This document shows, one piece after another, positions 25,435 to 39,244 of a stretch of 64,000 nt of DNA. The stretch's first letter is position 1. Every line of letters begins with the position of its first letter. The DNA is taken from NCBI RefSeq assembly GCF_006345805.1, contig NC_043004.1:11656001-11720000 (forward strand). The letters are read 5' to 3'. The DNA is from Octopus sinensis. Lineage: Eukaryota. The notes under the pieces were generated by a model that saw nothing but the letters and a program-made list of their open reading frames with translations, did no database searches and was not told the DNA's origin. The translations under genes and the position numbers were made by a program.

Positions 25435-25736
25435 ATGATACAGTTAAATGTGTGTGTATGTGTGTCTGTATTAACACTATAAATATCTTAATAATCACAT
25501 TAAGGTGTATAAATGAGCATGTGTTAATATTATTAACAAGTTAAATACATTGTTTTCTGTACATAAATGTATGAGTGAGCGGATATGTTAGTGTACGATT
25601 GTGTCGAAATATATGTACATGTACCTTCAAGCAACTTAGAAGAAATTGTGTAACTAGCTTGTACGCACATAGAAGATTACACAAACGTTCTCACTGTACG
25701 CTAGTGTACATGAATTCGCAATATATATATGTATGT

Positions 25737-25771
<35 letters not shown>

Positions 25772-25921
25772 GCATGTATCAACATATATACATATATGTA
25801 TATATATATATATATATATAATATATGCGTGTGTGTATGTGTGCCTGCGCTTATATGCATAAATATATATACGTACTTACATTTATGTATATCTATATAT
25901 GTGGTTGCATATACACATACG

Positions 25922-25955
<34 letters not shown>

Positions 25956-26788
25956 CATATGTATATATATATATACATATATACATATATAAATGCATAT
26001 GTATATATATACGTGTACATATATAAATCATATATATAACCTATGCCCATATACCTATATGCCTGTATATAAAACCTATACCTGTTACCTATATACCTAT
26101 ATTATATAATAAATGTATATATATATATATATAATATATATATATATATCTATATTAAATATATGTATACATCTATATTTGTACATATATATATATATAT
26201 ATCTATGCACACATACACAATACAGACATGAATATATATATATATATGTATATATATGTATAATATATATACATACATATACACACACATACACAAACAC
26301 ATATACAAACACATACACACAAACACACACACACACACACATATGTACCTTATTAAAATATATAAAAATGCTTACCCGCACCTCCCAGTATCTCCTCGCA
26401 CAATTCACTTGCCGCCTCTTTCAATGTTACCTTACTCTTGCACTAAACATCAGTATCTGAAAGTTAATTATGGTATTTAAGCTAGGTTATATTTCCTGGA
26501 AATGTTAATTGTGCCTATTCACCAACGAAATGGCCAGCAATTTCCTTGTATAGTAACCAAATTGACTGCCTATTTATTTTTGCTTGTTTTTGAGGGTGTT
26601 TTTCAATATATGTATTTGTCTTCAATTTTTACTAAATACTTTAATATCTAAACGATAGTCTTTTCTCGATGGATTCTCGCCCAAAAATGGAATTGTGTAA
26701 ATTAGAAATTCTACTCCAAAATCTTGCAATTTAGTCAATGCTTGCATGTATTGTCACATATCCTTATTGCTTATTTTCTAACTAAATC

Positions 26789-26876
<88 letters not shown>

Positions 26877-26974
26877 TTTTCTGTAACTAGTTCTAGGTGT
26901 TTCTTAGTCTTAATTTGATCCTTTTCCTGCAAAATTGCAATATTCCAGCCACTGCTAATTATTATTATTATTAC

Positions 26975-27032
<58 letters not shown>

Positions 27033-27069
27033 TTTTATTATTATTATTTATTATATTATTATTATTATT

Positions 27070-27618
27070 GAGTGAGAGAGCAGTTCATGCCATCAAAGTG
27101 ACACTGGGGTAAAATATACGAAGCCCATATACCCATCATGACTATCCGTCTGATAAAGGTACACCAGGCACATGCATCACAACCATATGTGCGCGACATG
27201 GTGATCTCATATCAAGATAAACAGCACATGACCTTGCAGGTGGGGCCCAGTTAGAATTTTCTTCAGGTTGAGTAGCCCATCCCGCTCAAACGGTCCCTGA
27301 ATAAGGGTTGTTTAAGGATGTTGAAAGAACCACCCATGTTTCCAGAGGTGAACTATTCAAACCCCAAAGAATCCCTCTCAACACATGGCTATGATGCTCC
27401 CCCACTACTTCTGCTCGTGATCAGAGATGCACATATCTTCAGCCACTAACGGACATGCTCAACTGGTTAAGGTCAAACAACTGACAAGCAAATCTGTGGT
27501 ATTGAGCAGAATATTTGCTGTAGCCCATCTTTTATACCAAGACAAAACAATGTACATGATAACACTTCCAATCAGTTAAGATCAGAAGCCATGAGAGCTA
27601 CTGCCTGGTACTGCATCA
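27070..27618 (-). mobile_element. ~550-bp non-coding retroposed element embedded in (TAA)n
   Basis: Second copy at 1-171; (AAT)n on both sides; orientation inferred from the (AAT)n tail convention of neighbouring Dong-like elements. Confidence 0.7.
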
Positions 27619-27629
27619 ATTATTATTAA

Positions 27630-27688
<59 letters not shown>

Positions 27689-27713
27689 TATTATTATTAT
27701 TATTATTATTTAT

Positions 27714-29136
27714 TGCCTTTGCACAGCTTCTAACGCAGGAGATGTACTACAATGTTAGCTGTTCACTACCAGTGAACTAAGGTAACGCCTCTTATTTTTC
27801 GAGCACCTTCCGGAGTATTCGAGCGGTTCCAAGCAGTGCTGTTTTCTGCAAGTGCCCCACTCTTGTTGCAGCCCCTATTTGTTCCACGTACGTCTCGGGA
27901 CTTTCGCTCACTGTTCCCAGAGCTCCGACAATAATGGTACTATTGCTACTTTCTTCATCGACCACAACTGCTTACCTTCTCAAGCTAACCTGTCATATCT
28001 CTCGGCTTTTGTTTCTTCCTTATCGCATACCTTGTTGTCAGCTGGGCATACTATGTCCATGATCCAGTATAGTCTTTTCTTTCTCAGTTAAGACTATGTC
28101 CGGCTTCATATTCTCAATCTCATGATCGCACTGAATCATAAAATGCCATAGGATCTTTGCATTTCTATTTTCGACAATGCCTTAAGAGTTTTTGTCGTAC
28201 CAATTTTTAGCTCTGTCAAGTCCATACTTGTTGCAATGTTTCCAATTGTCAAGTCTGGCTATATTGTCGTGGCGTCTCTTATATGCCTTCTGGGCTAGTG
28301 GCGTACATTGGCTGGTAATATGCCACACGGTTTCACTGTTTTGTCCACAGATTCTCCACTTATCACTTTCTGATGTGCTGTCTTTTCTGTATTTTATGTA
28401 ATTTGTTCTTAGTGCTTGCTCTTGGGCAGCACAGATTAGAGCCTCCGTTTCTGGTTTTAAATCAATTTTAGTCATCCATAGCGATCTTTTTTCTCTGTCT
28501 GTCTTATCTTCAACATCCCTATGAAATTGATGATGCATTCTTTTCTTTACCCACCTATTTTCAGTTTCATTCGTTTTCAATTTCTTGCATAGTGCTTTAT
28601 TTTTGCAATCATTCATCTTACACAAGCCTCACCTTCTTACTTCTAGTAACAGCCGTTCTGTGGCATTTTTACATACCATGCTATGTTGTTTTCTTCTGCT
28701 CTAATGCTGTGTTCGCATCCAATAAATCATCTTCCTCCCCTTTTTCTTGGTACATACAGTCTGTCTGTGTCACTTTTGGGGTGGAGTGACCCATATCTAG
28801 TTAGCAACTTCCTTGTCTTTCTGTCTAAGCTGTTTAGTTCGTCTACTGTCCATGTGATTACCCCTGCCCTATATCTAATGAGTGAAACCGCCCAGGTGTT
28901 GATAGCTTCGATCTTATTCCGTCCGTTTAATTTCGACTTAACGATCAGTCTCAGTCTGTGCAAGTACTTCACCTTAAATTTTTCTGTCATTTCTTTCTCC
29001 ATCAATTTATCCATTTCCAAAATCCCCAAGTACTTATAGCCTGTCTCTTCTATACGCTTCATAACCACCCCCCGACGGTATCGTTAGTCCGTCCATACAT
29101 TTGATTTTGCCTCTCTTCAATACTAACACACAACAC
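27714..29136 (-). mobile_element. 5'-truncated R4/Dong-clade non-LTR retrotransposon (RT C-terminus, CCHC, RLE), decayed
   Basis: YKYLGILE, LHPKSDTDRLYVPRKRGGR, xRICGQNSETVWHITSQC, IIVGALGTV..LQKTALLGTARILRKVL; (TAA)n at both ends. Confidence 0.88.
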
Positions 29137-29176
29137 TATTATTATTATTATCATTATTATCACTATTATTATAATT

Positions 29177-29281
29177 AAGGCAGCGAGCTGGCCGAATCGT
29201 TAGCACGTCGGGTGAAATGCTTAGCGGTACTACAATCATAGCAACGTTCTGAGTTCAGGCCTTGTACGTTTAGTAGAATGG

Positions 29282-29285
<4 letters not shown>
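29177..29285 (+). mobile_element. Internally deleted SINE family B (head joined to tail)
   Basis: Head to GTTCTGAGTTCA fused to GGCCTTGT..AGTAGAA tail. Confidence 0.6.
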
Positions 29286-29316
<31 letters not shown>

Positions 29317-29786
29317 TATTATTATTATCATCATCATCATTATTATTAGTTAATTTTAAAATTCCTTCTATAAGGCTTTATAGCAGTAAAAAGTCGATAA
29401 ATTCGATTCCGACTGTGTTTATTTGTACAATTCATTGGTTTTATTTATAATGCTTCGGCTTTGTCTTTCAGATAGACAAATATGAACGTTAATACATATC
29501 TATATACATAAATACATACATACATACATACATACTTAGATACATATAATACATATGTATACACACATACATATATGATATAAATTAATTTCCCCTTGTT
29601 CTTTTGTTTTAGTTACCATTGCTTTTCTTTACATACAATGACACACATATGTAACATATTTACGTTTTATTGTAAGTCGTGTAATGAATTTTCTGTTAAG
29701 ACGCGCCTCTGAATTAGACGTACCTCCAGAACAAGGGTATTTTGTAAAAAAAAAACAGTTAACTTGTCCTGTTTGCTCATACATGT

Positions 29787-30203
29787 AGGCGTAGTAGTGG
29801 CTGTGTGGTAAGTAGCTTGCTTACCAACCAAATTGTTCCGGATTCAGTCCCACTGCGTGGCACCTTGGGCAAGTGTCTTCCACTATATCCTGGGGCCGAC
29901 CAAAGCCTTGTGACTGGATTTTGTGGACAGAAACTGAAAGAAGCCCGTCGAATATACGTATATATATATATATATATGTATGTGTGTATAGGTTTGTGTG
30001 TCTGTGTTTGACCCTCCAACATCGCTTGACAACCGATGCTGGTGTGTTTACGTCCCTGTAACTTAGCAGTTCGGCAAAAGAGAACGATAGAATAAGTACT
30101 AGGCTTACAAAGAATAAGTCCTGGGGTTTATTTACTTGACTAAAGGCGGTGATCCAGCATGGGCGCAGTCAAATGACTGAAACAAGTAAAAGAGTAAAGG
30201 AGT
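29787..30203 (+). mobile_element. Full-length SINE family A
   Basis: Complete head to GTAAAAGAG tail; empty target AAGTAGCTTGCTTAC at 29810-29824. Confidence 0.9.
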
Positions 30204-30834
30204 ACAGCGAATAAACATGATTGTATAGCAGCTTTAAATAGAAAGCATATTTTGTGTATGTAAATAAAACATATAGCAGAATCAAGTGCGATATGTATGT
30301 TTAGAAAGTTTTTGATGACCTTGAAAGAAAAGTATATTTACTATAGATGAAAAGAAATACTCTGCATTCGTATCTCTGAATTCTGGTTCACACAGATAAA
30401 GCAAATATATCGATTAAAAGTTATACAAAACAAGCAGCAAAGTACAACAAATGTGAATTAATTCCTACAGATTTGGTATATGCAGACTTAGTAAATATTT
30501 CATAAATATTAGTACGTAGCAAAACAACAGACGAAAAACAAAATCTGTATACATTCTAATAGAAACTAGTACTTCAGTGAATTCCATAAGCTGCATAGAA
30601 AGCAGAGAAGTGAAATACATTGTAAAATAAATATCATGAGACTTTGTTTAGTCCTCGTCTTCAGTATCTAGTAAATATCTACCTTCAGAAAACGGTAAAC
30701 AAGTATCCTTAATGCATGGAAATTTGTTTTCAGCTAAGGGGTCATACTACCCTCTCCATCACTGAAATTCACTACAACAAAGTATGGGCTATTTATGTTT
30801 CTTCAGGCTATAACCCAGGGCCATCAAAGGACCT

Positions 30835-31035
30835 AATAATCCTTTCTATTATAGACACAAGGCCTGAAATTTGAGGGAGAGGATAGTCGATTACATCGAC
30901 CCCAGTACACAGCTGGTACTTAAATTACCGAGACCGAAAGGATGAAAGGATGAAAGGTGGGATTTGAATTCAAAACATCAAAACGGGCGAAATGCCGCTA
31001 AGCACTATTCCGGGATACTAACGGTTCTGTCAGCT
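30835..31035 (-). mobile_element. SINE family B
   Basis: Reverse-complement match. Confidence 0.7.
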
Positions 31036-31149
31036 TGCCACCCTATCAAATGACCTAATAATGCTACATCATTTGGGGTTTTCACAACCGATTTTTTAAT
31101 ACCATTCCATTTCACCCATTCATATGTGGTTGAGAATAAGAGATCTTTC

Positions 31150-31375
31150 CCGAGCCATACAGACACAAGGCCGGTTTGTCGGTCTCCATGGCGTATATAC
31201 TCCAGCCTGGATGGGACGCCAGGCCTTCATAGATTTACTCCCGTTTACCAGCTGAGTAGACTGGAACAACCTGAGATAAAACGTTTTACTCAAGAAGACA
31301 ACGCGTTGCCCGGTCCGGGATTCAAAACCACACTCTTAGGATCATGATTCCAAAACCGTAACGACTAAATTACCC
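31150..31375 (-). mobile_element. tRNA-derived SINE with CORE/Meta-like body
   Basis: Minus strand tRNA-like head then GCGTTGTCTTCTTGAGTAAAAC..CAGTCTACTCAGCTG; domain class from recall. Confidence 0.55.
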
Positions 31376-31724
31376 ACTCTTCCTGTCGGTGTCACCTATA
31401 AATCTGGACCTTGCGTTTCCGTAAATTCTAATTCTCGGCTTCAAGAGTATCCTATCTGTCTGTCGTGGCATGGAGTTAGTAGTAGCCACTGAGTGTGTCA
31501 ACAGATGGTTTGTGGCTGAAGGTCCGTTGCTAACGGACCTTCAACCACGAGGCTGCCTTTTCAAGAATGGAGGCGAACACCTTTCTCCATGTGATCGACT
31601 TGAAACATCATTAAGACACTAGGATATTTTCCTACTCTTCTTAACCTGAAACCAATGGTAGCTTTAATTCTCAAATAAAGAAATATATATATATATATAT
31701 ATGTATTTAATTCTCAGATAAATA

Positions 31725-31755
<31 letters not shown>

Positions 31756-31789
31756 TGTATGTATGTATGTATGTATGTATATCACAGTT

Positions 31790-32070
31790 TCAACCAGGCC
31801 ATCAAATGCTCACAATACGCTGGTCACAATGCCCTTAGAATTTTGTCTCGATTGCGGCATTCTTTTCCATTTTAACCAAACTTGCTTGACTAAATCGCCT
31901 TCCTATCATCGTGAACGTCTCCCAAGTGATCTTTGCCGTTGCCATTCGGCAACAGCACGGGTCCCCTGTTGTCCGTGATCTTAGCTACATGTCCACACCC
32001 AGTACAGTTTCTGCTTTCGGTACTCTACAAATACATTATCTCATTTCCAATGTTGTTCCTTAATGATATT
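31790..32070 (-). pseudogene. Degenerate RTE-type LINE 3' remnant
   Basis: GHVAKITDNRGP..GK..LG resembles the RTE GHVARM.DNRW...GKR..GRP segment. Confidence 0.4.
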
Positions 32071-32085
32071 ACGACGCAATGTATG

Positions 32086-32141
<56 letters not shown>

Positions 32142-32171
32142 TTGAGTTGTGGGGTATCGCACGAGTGGGAT

Positions 32172-32835
32172 TATATAAGAAAAAAGGTTTGAAAATGCAA
32201 TTTAAACGATGTTTATTTACTTAACCGGTTTCACTCTTTGGTAAAAGATTGTCAAAAGTTACATTTAAGGAAACATTGAATAATATGGGTTCAAAAAAAA
32301 GGTTTTTTACATAATTGTCACATTGAATATTATGCATTCAAAAAAGTTTTTACATAATTGTCACATTGGATATTATGAATTCAAAAATGTTTTTTATACA
32401 TAATTGTCACATTACATGTATAAATGTAGTGTTTGGTAACAGAGAAGTTCAATAGTGTGATGAGAATATTTGGGAAAATTTGGCAGAAAAGGATAAAACA
32501 AATATATTATTGGGAATTGGTTGCGTTAATTATTGGTTGTCGCAAATTGTCACATTACATGTATATATATACAATATTCGGTATATATATACAGCCTTTT
32601 GACAGCAAAAATTAAAATGGATTTTTTATACATCTCAGAATATTTTAAGTACAAGGCGAGAATATGTTTTTACTGACCTGTTGGTATTAGCAGAAAGGCT
32701 GAACTGAGAGAACAGAGGAAGTAGCCAATGTGGTGTATACTTCCCCTTTATGCATGAATGATTTTGGGGTTATCAGGAGGTTAGTATGCGGGTGTGTCCG
32801 TGCCCGCTGGTCAGATAGCGTCTGTTTGTCACACA

Positions 32836-32867
<32 letters not shown>

Positions 32868-33909
32868 TACAACAACACACATACACACACACACATAGTA
32901 AACAAACACACACCACATACAAACAACACACACACACACACAGAACACACACACCCACACACAACGCACCCACATATATCACATATACACACAGCACACA
33001 AATATAATATGTATCTATATGTGTGTTGTGTGTGTATGTGTGTTATATATCTGTGTATGTTATATATAGATACATATTATATTTGTGTGCTGTGTGTATA
33101 TGTGATATATGTGGGTGCGTTGTGTGTGGGTGTGTGTGTTCTGTGTGTGTGTGTGTGTTGTTGTATGTGGTGTGTGTTTGTTTACTATGTGTGTGTGTGT
33201 ATGTGTGTTGTTGTATGTGTGTGTGTGTGTGTGTGTATATATATGTGTGTGACAAACAGACGCTATCTGACCAGCGGGCACGGACACACCCGCATACTAA
33301 CCTCCTGATAACCCCAAAATCATTCATGCATAAAGGGGAAGTATACACCACATTGGCTACTTCCTCTGTTCTCTCAGTTCAGCCTTTCTGCTAATACCAA
33401 CAGGTCAGTAAAAACATATTCTCGCCTTGTACTTAAAATATTCTGAGATGTATAAAAAATCCATTTTAATTTTTGCTGTCAAAAGGCTGTATATATATAC
33501 CGAATATTGTATATATATACATGTAATGTGACAATTTGCGACAACCAATAATTAACGCAACCAATTCCCAATAATATATTTGTTTTTCCTTTTCTGCCAA
33601 ATTTTCCCAAATATTCTCATCACACTATTGAACTTCTCTGTTACCAAACACTATATTTATACATGTAATGTGACAATTATGTATAAAAAAACATTTTTGA
33701 ATTCATAATATCCAATGTGACAATTATGTAAAAACTTTTTTGAATGCATAATATTCAATGTGACAATTATGTAAAAAAACCTTTTTTTTGAACCCATATT
33801 ATTCAATGTTTCCTTAAATGTAACTTTTGACAATCTTTTACCAAAGAGTGAAACCGGTTAAGTAATAAACATCGTTTAAATTGCATTTTCAAACCTTTTT
33901 TCTTATATA
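32172..33909. repeat. 1.74-kb near-perfect palindrome (arms 32172-33020 and 33064-33909, 43-nt spacer)
   Basis: Arms reverse-complementary including microsatellites and a ~42-bp minisatellite; only a handful of differences seen. Confidence 0.95.
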
Positions 33910-33918
33910 TATATATAG

Positions 33919-33984
<66 letters not shown>

Positions 33985-34008
33985 TATATATATAATATAT
34001 ATATATAT

Positions 34009-35714
<1,706 letters not shown>

Positions 35715-35869
35715 ATATATATATATATATATATATATTGACATATGTATATATATATATATATATTGACATATATATATATATATATATACAAACACAT
35801 ATATGTATTGATATTTATTGATATATATATATACATATATATAAATATAAATAAATATATATTAATATA

Positions 35870-35905
<36 letters not shown>

Positions 35906-36287
35906 TGTATGTATGTATGTATGTATATGTATGCATGGGAGCGTAAGTATTGTTTTTGTCGAGCGGGACAAATGTAATCCAGTGCATTAAGTAGATTATT
36001 TATATTTTCATTATCTGAGAATTCACAGAAGCTAAAAGGCCTACAATATATCGTATCAATGCATTTATCACATACACAGACCTCACACGCCTCTCTCTCT
36101 CTATCTCTCTCCCTCCCCTTCTATCTATCATTGTACATATATATGTATATATATATATAATATATATATATATATTATATATATATAAGTGTATATATGT
36201 GATCTACCGTTGCATCAATTTATTCTGTTTACATATACTATTATATGTGTGTATATGTCTATATGCCCACCTGTTATATATATATAT

Positions 36288-36319
<32 letters not shown>

Positions 36320-36396
36320 GTATATGTATATGTATATATACATGTAGATGTGTATATTTATGTATGTATGTATGTCTGTGCATATATATATATATA

Positions 36397-36443
<47 letters not shown>

Positions 36444-37023
36444 GTATACATACATACATGCATGCATGCATACATATATACATACATACATACATACATA
36501 CATACATACATGCATGCATACATACATACATGCATACGGTGAGACGCTCTGAAATTTAAGTAAATACCAGTGCGACTGCAATTGCCTGAGTCACTTTCAT
36601 ATTGTGAAACCTATAAATCATCTACTCATCCGTTGCGAAGAATCAATTCCGAATTGTTTCAAGCGATCCCAATAGTCAAGACTGCTTAAAATATTCAGAT
36701 CTGGAGTGGCCGATCTCTGCAGGGCTTCAATTTTGATTATCTCTCTGTTATCAGGTTAACTACAGGGTGTTGATATGCCTTAAATATAAACGACTATATA
36801 TAAAGTATAAAAGCTTAGCAATAGTCATTTGAGCAGAATGCAGCCATAATCCTTTTATTTTTTTTTACTTTCTCGCTGTATTAATTTCGATGATGATATG
36901 GGCCTTCTTATCAGGATTTTAATCAGAAACAGTTACTCAAGTGTAAAGAAACTAGGGCTGAGGCGATAGACTATGCAATACCGAAAAATATTACATATAT
37001 ATATATATATGCACTTATGCACG

Positions 37024-37057
<34 letters not shown>

Positions 37058-37172
37058 TACACGTGTATATATACATATGTATGTGTGCATACATATATGC
37101 GTATATATATACTTATTTATATATATTATATATATTTACAAATATATGCATATATGTATGTACACACATGTA

Positions 37173-37217
<45 letters not shown>

Positions 37218-37370
37218 GTGTATATATATATATTATATATATGTATCTGTACCCATATGTATTATATATTATTTATCATATTCATATATATATGTATAAG
37301 TATATATATATATGTATATATATGTATATATATATATATATATATATAGATATATATATATATATATTAT

Positions 37371-37414
<44 letters not shown>

Positions 37415-39208
37415 CTAGTGGTTTTAAGGCAGAAAAAACATTGGATGTTTTGCGTCTTCATTGCAGCTTGCATAGAAGTAACTAAGTTCCTATTTAACCG
37501 ATCCAGTAACATAAATACATAGTAAAAGAAAGCATATACAAAATACATGGTAAAAATTACAACGTTGAGAGAAAATATACGGTTATTTAGCTTCGGAAAT
37601 AAATACGTCACTACTTCCCATCCATCTCAACATCTCATTCACGAACGCCATGATTGTAGAAAAAATAGCGATTACTGGTGTAGCGGCTTAATTTTTGATT
37701 GGGGGCTTAGCAAGCAGTTTTGTGACAGAAATATAAACGAGATTTTAGTATCAAATCATAAATATTACGACCGGGTTTCAAATTCCACGTCGGACCGTGT
37801 TATGAGTTTTATTCGCAGTAGCTCCATAAAAAATCTACCACCGTCATATTGAAGCAGATAAAATGGATGACAGCCTTCTACTCTTACAAAGACCGGTGCA
37901 ACTAACATGAAGGCCTACATGTAATTGGTTAGTTTCGTAGAAATATCCTGTAAATCGCTCACAAAATATGACCAACCTATATTTTTTTGTATAGAAAAGG
38001 ACTTGTTAGATAATGCGTTCCTAACTTCCCTGAACATAGATAAAAGAATGGTTGCTTATGATTTCGAGTATAGGCCTTGATCAGAAGTTCATGGCTATGA
38101 CCATCCATCAAGTCTGACCTTGGGTTAAAAAGCAATAATAACTAGCTTTGTTAAAAGATGTGATTATATTTCAAACACCGTTACTCGTCTTGGATTTAAG
38201 TGCATAATTATAGTTGAACATTGCTCTTTGTAATGTTCTTTTTTTTATCTTGGAGATGATGGTGATGATGACAACGATGTACACGATGACGATGATGGTA
38301 ACAACGACGGTGGGGGTTGCGACAAGGATGATGATGGAGATGAGGACAATGGTAGGGGTAGTGGTGGAGGTGGTGATAATTATGATTAAGTTTTTGATGA
38401 TGATGATGATGATTATGAGGAGGAGGAGATGGAGGAGGATACTTTTCCTCTATTTTTTCTTCTTTGGCTCCTTATATTTTTGTGTGTCTGCGAAATTGTG
38501 TGTTTTGTGTAGACTTGCGTGTGTTATTTGAATTGAATTTGTGTTGGAGAGCACGAGTGCATGCGCGCGCGCCTGCGTATATGTGTGTGTGTGTGTGTGT
38601 GTATGTGTGTGTGTGCGTGTGTGTGTGTGTGCATGTGTGTGTGTATGTGTGTATGTGTGTGTGTGTTTTCTTTAGTGGATGTCTCCGGCAGTAAAAACAA
38701 TTCCGACTCTATCCGATACAAATATGAAATCACAATGGCAGGAAATTAGAAAGATTATTAAACATAAAAACAGAAGGAAAATCTTTTAGTCTGTGGCGAG
38801 TAAAATTTTTTTATCTTACATCCTTATTACTCCCCCTCTCTCCCTCTCTCTCCTTCTGTCTCTCTCTCTCTCTCTTTCATTTCACCTAACTTTCCAATAA
38901 AATATTGTTTTAACAGCTAACAATGTTGTTTTGACGGAGACTGTATTTTCGATTCGGTTATGTAATACTCTTGCCAATGATAATAAAAGGGACCGTTTCT
39001 AGCATAGGCACAAGGCCTGGAATTTTCATAGACTGGAGTTTGTTCATTAAATCAATTTGAGTGGTTAATTGTAGTTTATTTTATGAACACCTGAAATGGT
39101 GAAAGTTAAAGTTAAACTCGCAGAGATTTCAGCTCAGGACATAAAAAGCTGAAAAAAAATACACCTAGGCATTTAGTCTGCTGCTCCACAATTCCTAGAA
39201 ATTCCGAA

Positions 39209-39243
<35 letters not shown>

Positions 39244-39244
<1 letters not shown>

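Noticed and set aside
31514-31550. 12-bp perfect hairpin TGAAGGTCCGTT-GCT-AACGGACCTTCA
   Set aside because: Isolated, no ribozyme or terminator context
32303-32416. Three ~42-bp repeats that could look CRISPR-like
   Set aside because: Contiguous minisatellite with no unique spacers; eukaryotic context, no cas genes
33021-33063. Palindrome spacer as a possible sequencing-adapter remnant
   Set aside because: Simple GT/AT sequence unlike a SMRTbell hairpin adapter as I recall it; an artefact is still not excluded
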